Origin: Callorhinchus milii
Lineage: Eukaryota
DNA: 64,000 nt
Assembly: GCF_018977255.1 (NCBI RefSeq)
Contig: NW_024704742.1
Span: 80,912,001-80,976,000 of the forward strand
Direction of reading: 5' to 3'
In this document: piece by piece, positions 10,931-23,937 of the stretch
How positions within the stretch are numbered: the first letter of the stretch is position 1
How the letters are laid out: each line of letters opens with the position of its first letter
The notes under the pieces: model-generated
Databases searched by the model: none
What the model was told of the DNA's origin: nothing
The model's input: only the letters and a program-made list of their open reading frames with translations
Made by a program: the position numbers and the translations under genes

Positions 10931-13900
10931 AGAACACACTATCTCATTCTCTGAGCAAAATCTCATTAGGTCATCTTCAGCCTAAAAACAAGTGATTCCT
11001 CCATTCACAGCTGCCACCCACACAAGTCTGTGTGATGTGTAGAAGGTAAAAGCAGCAGACAAATGTATTCGCAGTCACGGGAAAAACAATAAACCTAATA
11101 TATAAACCACAGCAGGGTTTCCCATTGGTGTAAGAAAATGAGTTTTTGATAGTTTGGAAATAGGATGTAGCTGGATGTGGAGACAATTTTGCTGTGGAAA
11201 AGTGAGTCTGGGTTGAAAGGCCTCCTGTTGCTCAGATGTTTCAATCCCTAACCAGGTTACAAACAAAGTAATTAGTCTCCCTGGGAGTTTTAAGGAGAAT
11301 AAAATACAGAAATTATCATTTCTCACCTCGTCCCCCCAAAAAGGCATAGCTTCCATTAGGAAATGGTGAAGCACAAAGCTCAGTGTCAGCCTGGTTCATT
11401 TGGGAAGTTTCTCCCAGTGTACCAGCCAACAATCCCCCAAATAAGGTTGTACCTTCACTTTGTGGCTGTTTGTGGGACACTTCTGTGCACAAGTTGGCTG
11501 CTACTGTCACCTACAAATCATACAGTCACTACAGTAATTCCCGTGAAGCACTTTGAGATGTTTCAATGACAGACAACATCTCTATATAACATGAAAAGAT
11601 TATAATTTTGGATACTAGCTATGTCTCTTTCATAATAATACAGTCCTTCTGTTTTGATATGGCACTTATAAAGGCAAAATAGCATAAATGACATCCTTCC
11701 GAGCTTGCGGCAAAATGTAGTGAATGTTTTTATATTGCAACAGCTGCTTTCGCGTACAGCAATGTCCCACAAACAATAGGAAGTGAATGACCAATTTTAT
11801 CCTCACAACACTGAAATAAATTCCCTTCTCTTTTTGAATTGTTCGATGGGATCTTTGAAGTTGATCTAAACAGGCAGATAAGACCCCAATTTAGCATTTT
11901 ATCTAAAGGATGACAAGACAGCACTCCCCATTATACTGGAGTCCTTGCCAAGATGACACAGGTTTCAACCCACAGCCTTCTGACTCTGAAACAAAAAAAA
12001 CTATCACCTGAGCCATGCTGACATCTCTTGCTGACAGAAGTGTATGTGAAGGCAAGATGAAATAAAAAGTAAAGATGGAGAAATAAATGAGGAGGAATAA
12101 CGGATAGCCACAGGCAGTAATCTCAGCAAAGATCCAAGGGTGCTGGAAAACATAGTTCCTTCACATCTTTTCATAAAATGTGAAATAGAGCAATATTTTG
12201 AATTGGAACAATACGAGAAACATTTTCAAAACTGCTTCCAATTAGGTTTAATAACAGAACTAATTTTCTCCTCTGTGGATGTCAATATTACAACCATTAA
12301 CTGCTGAAGATTAATTTAAGTCAAAATTCCCATGCTGTGCTTTTTCAAAACCGGCTCCTCTCATTTATTGATGTCCAACAAGTACAATTACCATTTCACA
12401 TCTTCAAATTAACTGTTCAGAGACGTGAGTCCAACAGTTATTACCAGACGTCACTTAAATACACAGTGATGCTTCCAATTACAAGGAGAAAGCAATTTCA
12501 TTATAATTTGCCGATATACTGCATTGGTACCTGGTAACTAGAACATCAAGCAGTTTTTAGACACAAGTTTTTATTTTGCATGTTTACTCTGAAGTACCCA
12601 AGATTTTAGGTGTGTTTCTGAAATGCTATAATTTCTTATTAACATAGCCAAACCATTGTGCAAATCAATAAATGTATCGGAAGATATAGCTCTGCAATCA
12701 GGAATAGTAGATCTACACTTCTCCAGTTCTATAAATGAAGGTAGACCCACCTCTTCTGGCTTCTGATTCTTATCAAGCCTTACGCTCTCTTTTTTCAGAT
12801 GCAGGGAAATGTTCATGTGTAAGTGGTATGCATATGTAGAAGTCTGTCTGGTTTGGATATTGTTATGCTTGGTGACGAGTTTCTGCATATTTCAGGCTCC
12901 CAGCTGATCAAATAAAACCCAGAGAAAATCTCTCCTGTTGCAACCAGGTAAAGGAACATATTCAGGATTTCAGCCACTCCGGTTTGGGGTTGATATTGTC
13001 CTGTTGGTGGACTCCCTTGGGGGCCTTTTGCTTTACACCTGCCATCTTGAACCCTTGGCCAACCATTGTGGAATCATGGTTCGACATACCTCGAGAGAAG
13101 GTATCGAGAGAATTGATTGGAAGATACAAGGGGCATCAGTCCCAATTGTTGATTCTTATGGATACCTGGGGTTTGTGGTCGACACCATCAACAACAACAA
13201 CTTACATTTATATAGTGCCTTCCATGCCAGGCGGAGTCTCAGAGCGCTTAACAAGGGCGGAGCCCGACATCAGCTTTTGCTTGGACACTGTACCAAGGAT
13301 CACACCGAAAAAGGGCAAAGGACACACTGGTCATGCTAACCTCTCTTCAAGATCCCAATGCTTGTCCAGCTTGTGGCATACAACAACAACAACAAAATTA
13401 CATTTGTATAGCACTTTTCATGTCGGGAGGACATCCCAAGACCTATGTGCATATAGTCCTCCTTTACGATCTGAGCTCCTAGAAATGCACTGAAGAGGCT
13501 TGATCTGCAAAATCCAGGATGGATTTGCAGCAAACACAGGAAGTGGCTGTAGGGAGAGAGGGGATGCTGTCGCCACGCACCCTGTAGACTGAGGCGGCTT
13601 CACAATGGGCACATCTGTTTGCCAAAGCCCCTCACATGAGGACCTAACTTAACCAGTTGGTGCTGTGGAAGCCTGGAATTGGACTTGGACCTTGAGAACA
13701 TCAAGGCGCCTGGCCTGTTACAAGCTGTTCTGTAAAGCTGAGTTGCAAGAAACATTCAGGGTCCTGGGGCATTTCTTCATTACAGGGTTTCTTAAGCAAA
13801 TGTTTAGCCTCCAGATGTTTCAATGCAATTTAAAACCATTCCAATTGTTTCAAATGAGTTTAACTGAAGTGAATGTCTGCTTTGCTGCTTCCCTGCACAA

Positions 13901-14234
13901 ATCAGGATTTTTCATCCATACATAAAGCAGTATGTCCCCAATGGAATCTTCTTCAAAAACGATTCTGATCCACAGATGTGCTGATCTGTAAAGGACCAGA
14001 AGCATAATTGGATCTAGCTACCGAATTTATAAATACATGGCCGTTTTAAGTGATGTGAACTCTCCAAAGAATTCTGGCGGAAGTCAAGTGCTCAGTCCTA
14101 ACGCCGCAAGACTCAATTGTAGTCCCAATCCACAGTGCAATATGTGAGTAAATATAATAATAACCCTTGCATTTGATATAAAACCTTATCACGTCTTTGA
14201 GACATCTCAAAGCGTTTCACAGAATATACAGTAA

Positions 14235-14375
14235 CCGTTCTGATGAAGGGTCGTGGACCCGAAATGTTGACTTAACTTTCCTTTCTCCATAGATGCGGCC
14301 TGATCTGCTGAGTGTTCCCAGCGACTTCTGTTTTTGTTTCAAATTTCAAGCATTCTGCAGTATTTCGCATTTTGT
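14235..14375 (+). mobile_element. Short Penelope-like-derived element with hammerhead core, copy 2, inserted in a SINE
   Basis: gttctgatgaagggtcgtggacccgaaatgttgac...ctgctgagtgttcccagcgacttctg. Interrupts the SINE tail at 14155-14450. Confidence 0.75.
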
Positions 14376-15081
14376 TTATATTGTAAAGTGAATTGACTAT
14401 ATTTTATGGGCCAAACGCGGCAACCAATTGCGCACAGCAGTGTCCCAATGACGTCATTGATGACCTAAAGACTCGGAAGCACTTTAATAGTTTTTTTTGC
14501 ATGCCACATGATAACAAGGGGTCTGAGTTTATTAATCCAAATCACTACATTTTAATAGAATCGGCATCCAATACAACTGTGCATGTTCGCATATAGCCCC
14601 AAAATTAGTTTTCAGGGTGCTGGGATTCCGTTTATTGTTGTTATCTGACCAGAAATTGATCTTCCCTTCCGAGTCGCCAGGCTGGCTGAGCTGTCTTCAG
14701 CAGTGCCCTGAAATACTACGCACTCGACTGGCTCGGGAACCAGACTACTAAGACTGCCACAGAGGGTGGGCTCGATCTGACAGTCCTTTTTCAAGCAAGT
14801 CACTTGGATACACAGTTCAATTCCAAAGAGACCCTGCTTATCCCAGCCCCCCTCCCCAAGAGGATAGTCACTAGCTGGTCATTTGACATCCAAAAAGCAC
14901 GGATGGATTTGAGCCTTCACTGAATGGATGACAGGGACCAGGAACACCTTGTGAGCTTCTTGGGGGACAATACAGCTCAGAATGAAATGTGGCATATTGG
15001 ACCTGTATATCGAGCACTGGTTCCACCAATAAGAATGTGGAGCTTGAGCAGCAGCCGTTTACATTTCTGCAAACTAGTCAA

Positions 15082-15390
15082 GAGTCCTGTAGCTCAGTGG
15101 TTAGAGCACTTGCCTCACAAGCGAGAGACATGGGTTTGAATCCCGACAGGTCAAAACCTTGGGCAAGTTTCTTTACTCTACACGCCTGATAATAATCACT
15201 CAAGAAGAAAAAGACAATAATAATTTGGTCACTCAATTCCATGACTGTTTGTGGGACACTGCTGTGCGCAATTAGCTGCCGCATTTCACCCACAAAATAT
15301 ACAGTCAATTCACTTGATAGTATATTCTGTGACGTGCTTTGTGATGTTTAGACAACGTGAAAAGTGTTATATCAAATGCAAGGATTATTA
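15082..15390 (+). mobile_element. tRNA-derived SINE with L2-type tail
   Basis: Head gagtcctgtagctcagtggttagagcact (A box) and B-box-like gtttgaatcc; body gtgggacactgctgtgcgcaatt; tail atcaaatgcaaggattatta. Confidence 0.88.
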
Positions 15391-16955
15391 AGGTGGATTC
15401 CATGTGCTGGGTGTACAAACATGTTTACAAACTCGGACTCCAGGTTACGCCTTGCAGCAGCTGTCGGCCCAAGTCTCAGAGTTTCCTCGTCAGCTATCTG
15501 ATGGACATGTTCCTTCAGCATGGTGGGAGGACCTTTGCAGGCCAGCTTGCAATGTGACAGCCACCTTGGTCTCAAGATCCAAATCCAATATCGTGTAGCA
15601 GGTTTACTCAGCATCAGATGCTTAATCAGGTCATCATACGAAGGGCCTCAGCAAAAAGATATGCCCACTGTGAAGATGCATCCAACTCCAAGTGCTCAGT
15701 GACAGATAGACCAGAGCCCTCTCTCCCTGCATTTCCAAGTGATTCACCTGCATCCACTTCCCCTGTTTACCACAAAAAAACTTCACTGCTTCATACTGGA
15801 CTTTGCAGATGGGTCATAGGAAACCCGTACTGTTCATCTCCAGGAGCTCAGAATCATATTTGGACACATGTCTTTTATGCCACAAAACATAACTTCCATT
15901 TGGACCTTGCTGACTTTAAAAAGAGACCAGAGTGCTCTTCGCCCCTCCTCAGTGCAGTCCCTCAGTAACAGCATCCAAACAAATGCTGCAAATGCAAACT
16001 GATGAGAATCTCCACTTTAAAATTCTGATTATTCTGTGAAACACAGCTCAGTAAATCAACTGTAGAGAATTATTAAAACCATTGGATACATTACCAAGTG
16101 ATTCACCTGCATTTGATCCACTCCCACACAGCACTTTCCAAGGTTTTTTTNGTGTAAAAGTTATTTCTGAATCACAAGTTGAAGTACAAGACTTCAATGA
16201 GGTTATGCAGAATACAATCATGGAAAGAGATGTTTCATCATTTTTGACAGTTTCTGTGGAATGATCTGAAGGTGATAATGAAACATATCTATCTACTCAA
16301 CCTCTTGACATTAGAGTATTGTTGACTTTAAAGTGCTAACCTTAAAACTATTTCCAATTCAGCAATAATAAATGAAAGCAACCAGGCTCATAAATAATTC
16401 AATATTTTACAAATACAGTCTGAATCTGACTCAAGGGTACAAAGATTCTGCCTATATGTCAACTACTTTCCAATCAAGGTGCGTCATTATTGTATATGGT
16501 TTAATTTACATATCTGTGAAATCTTACAATTAATCTTATTTCAATTTGGAAAAGACTTTAAAGCAAAACAGATAGAAATGGAAACAATTTATCTGTGGAC
16601 ACTCACAACCTTGGCTAACACTGAGGAAAGGTTTGGGGAGTATGTGTTGGGGTAGTGAGTCTAACCAACTAAAATCTGATAGCTTGCCATTGAGAGCACT
16701 GCCTGGCTAAAGGTGACAGTTGACATCTGCAAATGGACACACTAGCTTCCTGTTTCATATTCCAGGCTTTCTGCCGCTTCTATTTTTAAAACACGATCCT
16801 ATAGGGAGGAGTATGAGAAGCCAGAGTGAGCTACGTCCGGAGTGAGACGAGGCCAGAGTGAGAAGGAATTGGGCGAGAGTGGGAATTAGGTGCAGAGGGG
16901 GAAGTATATCTTCTAAACGACAATAATACAGGGATAATTAGAGTGAGAGGAGAGA

Positions 16956-17907
16956 ATGACCTGGCAGGTGATGTGTGAGGAATGTGGTATGTGGAAGTTG
17001 ATGGAGGGCAACCTGAGCCCGGGCGACTTCATCTGCAGCAAATGTCTGCAACTGAGGAAGATGCTCCAGCTTAGAATAGCTGAGCTGGAGTCTCAGATGG
17101 AGACACTGCGCAGCATTAGAGATGGGGAGAGCTTCCTGGACAGTTTCACCCTGGAGCCAGACACTCCCACGAGTCCCAGGGAACATTCCGTTGCCAGCCA
17201 CGGACAGGACTGGGTGACGGTCAGACAGGCGCGTAAGGGGACCCGAAAGAGAGGGGCAGAGAAACCCCAGGCTTTAACCTTGTCCAACAGGTATGAAATA
17301 CTTGCAATGTCTGTGGACAAAGAAGTCTGTGAGGAAGATGAGCAAACTTACCCCAACACCCCTATACAGGAGGCCACACAAAGGGGAATAGTCAGAAAGA
17401 ATACAGTGGTAATTGGGGATGAGACAGTCAGGAAGACTGACATACTTTTCTGCAGCCGCAGCAAGGAGACAAGAAGACTCTGTTGCCTTCCTGGGGCCAG
17501 GGTGAAGGATGTCACTTCCGGCTGGAGAAAAATTTGAAGCAGGAGGGAGTGGATCCAATTGTTATGATTCACATAGGGACCAATGATGTAGGTAGGACAG
17601 GTAGGGACGAGTTGAGAAGCAAGTTCCGGGAATTGGGAATAAAGCTAAAGAGTAGAAATTCGAAGGTATTAATATTGGGATTATTGCCTGAGCCAGGGGC
17701 AAATTGGTACAGACAAAAAAAAATTAAAGATCTGAATACCTGGTTAAAAGAATGGTGCGGAGGGCAGGGGTTTCACTTTATAGGCCACTGGCACCAGTAT
17801 TAGGGGAGACAGGAGCTATTCCAAAGGAATGGACTCCACCTAAACAGGGCTGGGACAAATGTCCTTGCAACACGAATAAATAGGGAGGAAGACAGGGCTT
17901 TAAACTA
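16956..17907 (+). pseudogene. CR1 ORF1 (zinc finger/coiled coil plus SGNH-type esterase), disrupted
   Basis: CEECGMW...CSKC, heptad-like LQLRIAELESQMETL, then VIGDE, LPGARVKD, HIGTND and GLHLN motifs. Frameshift near 17520, stop at 17801. Confidence 0.85.
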
Positions 17908-17965
17908 CGATGGGGGGTGGGTAAATTCAATCACATGTAATCCATTACAATTAAAATTAGGACCT

Positions 17966-20870
17966 ATGAAAGTGGGAGAGCAGATTAACCAGGGAGATGA
18001 GCTAAGGGTGTCAAGCGGGGAAAGGAAGCCCAGGGATACGGTACTGGTGAATAGGACTAATAGCCCGAAGTCAGAATTAAAGATGCTATATCTGAATGCG
18101 CGAAGCATTCGAAACAAGATAGATGAGTTAAATGCACAAATAGAAACAAACGGGTATGATCTGGTAACCATCACCGAGACATGGTTACAGGGAGATCAAG
18201 GGTGGGAGCTAAATATTCCAGGGTACGTGGTGTATAGGAAAGATAGGCAATGAGGAGGGGGAGTGGCCCTGCTAATAAAGGATAGGATAAAAACAATAGA
18301 GGAAAGATTTTAAATCAGAAATGCATGAAGTAGAGTCAGTATCAGTAGAGGTACGTAATAACAAGGGGCAGAAAAGTGGGAGTAGTTTATAGACCCCCGA
18401 ACAGCAGTCACAGTATCTCTCAAGGTATAAATCAGGAAATTAGCAGAGCATGTAGTAAAGGAAAAACATTAATTGCGGGTGATTTTAACCTGCACATAGA
18501 TTGGGACAACCAAATTGGGAAAAATATGATAGAGGAAGAGTTCATAGAATGTATTAGGGATAATTATCTAGATCAGTATGCCAAGGAGCCAACCAGGGAA
18601 CAAGCCATATTAGACCTTGTTTTGTGCAATGAAGCAGGGCTGATCAGCAAACTGGAACTTAAGGCTTCTCTAGGGCAAAGTGATCATAATATGATGGAAT
18701 TTAGCATTAAGTTAGAGAGAGAAGTAGTTAAGTCCGATGCAAAGGTTTTAAATTTAAGTAGAGTCAATTTTGCTGGTATGAGAGAGGATTTAGCCAAAAT
18801 AAACTGGGAAATTAGACTTAAGGATTTGACAGTAGACCAGCAATGGCAGACTTTTAAGGAGAATTCCCAGCGAGCACGTATTCCTTTGAGGAATAAGAAT
18901 GCCATGGGAAAGGTGGCCCAACCGTGGCTAACTAGAGCAGTCAGGGAAAGTATAAAGTTAAAGGAAGAAGCCTATAAAACAGCTAAGATGAGTAGTAAAC
19001 CCGAGGATTGGGAGAACTTTAGGGATCAACAAAGGAGAACCAAAAAAGTGATTAAGAGGGAGAAAATGGAATATGAGGGCAAACTAGGGAGGAACATAAA
19101 GACAGACTGCAAGAGTTTTTATAAATATATAAAGAGGAAGAGGCTGTCAAAGGTAAATGTGGGTCCTCTACAGGCAGAGACGGAGGGAATTATAATAGGG
19201 GACAAAGACATGGCAGAGTCATTAAACAAGTACTTTGCTACTGTCTTCACCTTAGAAGACACTGAAAATCTACCAAGAATAGAGGGGAACCAAGAAGACA
19301 ATGTTAGAGAGCAACTTGGGGAAATTAATATTAGTAAAGAAATGGTTTTAGGTAAATTGTCAGGTCTTAAAACTGATAAATCCTCTGGATCTGATGGCCT
19401 ACATCCTAGGGTTTTAAAAGAGGTGGCTACTGAGATAGTGGATGGCTTATCTTTGATCTTCCAAAATCCTCTGGTTTCTGGAACGATTCCCATTGATTGG
19501 AAGATTGCAAACGTAACACCACTATTTAAGAAGGGTGGGAGAGAAAAGATAGGGAACTATAGACCAGTTAGTCTGACATCAGTGGTAGGGAAAATTCTTG
19601 CGTCCTTAATTAAAGATGTCGTTATGGGATTCCTGGAAGACCATAACAAGATTAGGCAGAGTCAACATGGCTTTACAAAAGGGAAGTCATGCTTAACTAA
19701 TCTTTTAGAGTTTTTTGAAGATGTTTCTAGCAGGTTAGATAGGGGGGAACCAGTAGATGTAATATATTTAGATTTTAAAAAGGCATTTGACAAAAGTGCC
19801 ACACAAAAGGCTATTGCACAAGGTTAAGGCCCACGGGATTAATGGGAACATATTAGCATGGATTGAAGAGTGGCTAACGGGTAGAAACAGAGAGTAGGGA
19901 TAAACAGGTCATTCTCGAATTGGCAGGATGTGACTAATGGAGTGCCACAAGGATCAGCGCTTGGGCCTCAGCTATTTACAATTTACATCAATGATCGAGA
20001 TGAGGACATTGAATGTAACGTATCTAAATTTGCGGATGACACTAAACTAGGTGGGGAGAGTAAACTCTGAGGATGATGCAAAAAGATTGCAACGGATATA
20101 GATAGGTTAGGGGAGTGGGCAAGTAGGTGGCAGATGGAATTTAATGTGGGGAAGTGTGAAGTTATTCACCTAGGTAGAAAAAATAGAAAAACAGATTATT
20201 TTCTAGAGGGGGAAAGATTAGATAGTGTTAGTGTTCAGAGGGATTTGGGTGTCCTTGTACATCAGTCTCAAAAAGTTAGTTTGCAGGTGCAGCAAGCAAC
20301 CAAGAAGGCGAACGGCATGTTAGCGTTCATTGCAAAAGGTTTAAAGTACAAGAGTAGGGAAGTCTTGGTGCAACTGCATAGGGCCTTAGTGAGACCGCAC
20401 CTAGAGTACTAGTACTGTGTGCAGTTTTGTTCTCTTTATTTAAAAAAGGACATACTTGCCCTCGAGGGGGTGCAGCGTAGATTCACTAGGTTAGTTCCTG
20501 CGATGAGGGGACTGACCTATGAGGATAGGCTGAATAAACTAGGGCTGTATTCTCTAGAGTACAGAAGAATTAGGGGAGATCTTATTGAAACATATAAGAT
20601 TCTTAAAGGGCTGATAAAGTAGACACTGAGGGTCTGTTTCCCCTGGTAGGAGAATCTATAACCAGGAATCACAGTCTTAAAATTAAGGGTCAGCCTTTTA
20701 GAACAGAGTTGAGGAAACATTTCTTCACTCAGAGGGTAGTGAATTTGTGGAATTGACTACCCCAGAAAGCTGTAGATGCTCAGTCCTTGACCATCTTCAA
20801 GGCTGAGACTGATTGATTTTTTAAAAATAGAGGGATTAGGGAATATGGGGATAGGGCAGGTAATTAGAGT
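17966..20870 (+). pseudogene. CR1 ORF2 (APE endonuclease plus reverse transcriptase), disrupted
   Basis: YLNARSI, ITETWL, GDFN, LDLVL, SDHN (APE); NYRPVSLTS, QHGF, YLDFKKAFD, GVPQGS, KFADD (RT). Several frameshifts and stops. Confidence 0.92.
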
Positions 20871-21390
20871 TAGGTCTGAAGATCAGCCATGATCTTGTCA
20901 AATGGCGGGGCAGGTTTGAGGGGCCGAATGGCCTACTCCTGCTCCTAATTCTTATGTTCTTAAAGGTTCTCTGATCAGAGAAGTGTATCTTTACCCGATC
21001 TAAGCCCTTTGAAGCCCAACATGGGATAACGAGTGGACCTGTACATCACTTTTCATGTAGAAGAAAGATCTTAAAGTACTCAAACCACACTCTACCTTTG
21101 TAAAGGAAAACAAAGTCTTTGAAACAAAATTATGTCTGACCTTACCTTGTTGAAAACATCCTTTGCAACTCTATGTGGAGGCAAGCATTGCTCTTCAATG
21201 CATTGCATGGATTGTAAACTTGAAAAGTTTCAGGGTATAATGTTTGTAGTGTTTGAAAACATTTCTTCAGAAAAAACACCTCCAGCTTCAGCATAGCTAT
21301 CTAGGTGCGCACTTCCCCTTATTCTGTGAAGTTTGTAAAACAACCAATTCAAGCTGAATTAAGGGTAGTTTTGTCCAACATGTTCCATCA

Positions 21391-21455
21391 TAAGCTGTAT
21401 TGGTATTGCCCTAGTCTCATTGTCGGACAGACTAGGGCAATGCCAATACAGCTTA
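21391..21455. repeat. Inverted repeat: 27-bp arms, 11-nt loop, one mismatch
   Basis: taagctgtattggtattgccctagtct / agactagggcaatgccaatacagctta. Confidence 0.95.
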
Positions 21456-21559
21456 AAGAGGACCTTTATCATTGATCAGGTGATGAGACTTTCATCCATT
21501 TAGTCAGTCTGAGTTCCATTCAGATAAGGTTCAAATTATGCCATGAGGATGATCTCCAG

Positions 21560-21940
21560 TAATGTAGACAAGCTGGGGTTCTTCAGTCTTGAGAGAAGAT
21601 GACACAAGGGGACCTCATAGAGATGAATACATTTTTAAATGAGATTTAACAAATAAACCGAGTGATCCTTATTTAGAAGGCAACAAGACAGCATATCTTT
21701 ACATTTGTAAAAGACAATTTCAGGACAGATAGTGGGACGTTTTTCTTTACTCACATGATGATTATAGACTGGAACAGGTTGCCAGGAAGGGTGATTGAAG
21801 TCAGGACACTGGACTATTTTAATTAAAATGCACCCTAATGCTGTAATGGGAGGGTGCTATTTTGGCGGGTTAGTATTCTGATGTGATAAAATCAGATGAG
21901 CCGAAGGGCCTTCTTCATCCAAACCAATCTTATAATGTTG
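21560..21940 (+). mobile_element. Old CR1 3' fragment
   Basis: gctggggttcttcagtcttgagagaaga...ggggacctcatagag...tttctttactcac...tggaacaggttgcca. Confidence 0.6.
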
Positions 21941-23300
21941 TGAAAAGGAAAGAATGCATAGCAACCATGCCCACCATCTCCCTCCTTCCCAACTAGATTC
22001 TTTAACACTAGGAAGTGAAAGAAGGAATCATTAGAGTTGACTGTACAATTGAGTCCAACAACAACACTAATTAGGATCAACCTTTTTATAGACATGAAAA
22101 TAGTATGGAAATCAGGTCATCTTGTGGAACTCAATGTACAATATTAACCAAAGCGTTCTTCCATCAGCAGTTATATTGTGAACTTTTCATGTCTCTGCAT
22201 GTTTGTATCAGACTGCTACCTTGCTCTGCTGGTTCAGGCGTGGGTAAAATCAGGTACTGGGGAACATCACGTGTACGCTCAGAACTAAAGATTTTTACTG
22301 ACATTTCAGCACAACCTAACAAATGTGGAAAAGCATACATATGCTTATCTGGCGTGCAGATAAGCAAAGCCCTACTGTATTGTATTCCAACTGTATCATC
22401 ACTTTTTCATTCCAGTCACCAAAATAGGCTTAGTTTTTCAAGTCAAATAAAACTCACCAAAAATACCTGGCACATCTATTGCTTCTGAGTTATGTGCAGC
22501 ATGGATTGAATTGTCAGTAGCTTTTTTCAGCCTAATCCTTTAGGCTTCACACCGTTAACAAATGAGCAATCTTGTAGAAAGATTCCGCATTGAGTGGCAC
22601 AAAATGTTTGAATAGCATCAGACACGACATGGTGCAATGTGCCAGAAGCAATGTAACAATTGCAATAAGTACTTGCAGAATAGGTGATAATCGGGGCTCA
22701 CCATAGCACAAAGACTACAATTAATCTGTAATGTGCTCAATACAGCCAGAAGCACGCTCTGAGAATTTGAAGTAATGTTTGACTACAGCTGAGTTTCAAC
22801 AGAAATAGCAGAGTTTAGGATATTCAATATTTGTAAGCATAAGCCTATTATGTTTCCAAGTGCAACTGAAGATTCAGAACATTGAAAACATTGGAAGCAA
22901 ATTTTTGAATGCTAGATTTACTCACATCAGTGTGAATTTGGTACTCTGGTCATCTCACTATAAAGGGTTGCCCAGACTCTGGAGATAGTTCAGAATAGGA
23001 CAACAAGGCTGATCACTCACATTAGATACAAGAGCTAGGGCTCAACAAGTTGTCTCAGAGGGATTTTCTAGAACTAGATAAGATGCTAATATGAAGATAC
23101 TCTACAACAAGAAACCAACTAACTTATTTGCTGGTTAAGTAGAACCATCTCTGTTCCAAATTAACAACTAAAGCCAGGATAGAACCCCAGCAGCTAATAC
23201 CTGATCCATGCTGTTTCCATTGCAGTGCACTTCAGGTGCAAATGTTTTCTCCTTTGAGCCACACAACACCATCATAGACAACACAATAATAGCATTTTGG

Positions 23301-23937
23301 GAGTCCTGTAGCTCAGTGGTTAGAGCACTCACCTCGCAAGCGAGAGACCTGGGTTTGATTCCCGGCAGGGCGAAACCTTGGGCAAGTTTTCTTACTCCAC
23401 ATGCCTCATAATAATCCATCAAGAAAAAAATAATAATAATTTGGTCACTCAATCCATGACTGCTTGTGGGACACTGCTATAACAATAATCCTTGCATTTT
23501 GATATGGCGCTTTTTTTAACTGTTTTCTAGACATCTCAAAGCACTTCACAGAATATACTGTAAAGTGAATTGACTGTATATTTGTGGGCGAACGCGGCAG
23601 CCAATTGCGCACAGCAATGTCCCACAAACAGTCGTGGATTGAAAATGACCAATTTATTATTGTTTTGGGAGGGATTATTATTAGGTGTGTGGAGTAAGGA
23701 AACTTACCCAAGGTTTCACCCTGCCTGGAATTGAACCCAGATGTTTCCCTTGCAAGGCGAGTGCTCTAACCACTGAGCTACAGGACTCCACTATAACTCC
23801 ACTATGCGCAATTGGCTGCCGCATTTCCCCCACAAAATATACAGTCAATTCACTTTACAGTATATTCTGTGAAGTGCTTTGAGATGTCTAGAAGACGTAA
23901 AAAGCGTACATTAAATGCAAGGATTATTTATTATTAT
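23301..23937. mobile_element. Two nested tRNA-SINEs: plus-strand copy interrupted by an inverted copy (about 23484-23789)
   Basis: Head at 23301 (+), second head ending at 23789 (-), outer tail resumes near 23800. Confidence 0.88.

Larger units (their letters stand above)
16803..20961 (+). mobile_element. Near-full-length CR1 LINE, inactivated, antisense to PLPPR1
   Basis: ORF1 plus ORF2 with several stops and frameshifts, and CR1 3' tail ggccgaatggcctactcctgctcctaattcttatgttctt. 5' boundary approximate; no clear TSD. Confidence 0.93.
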
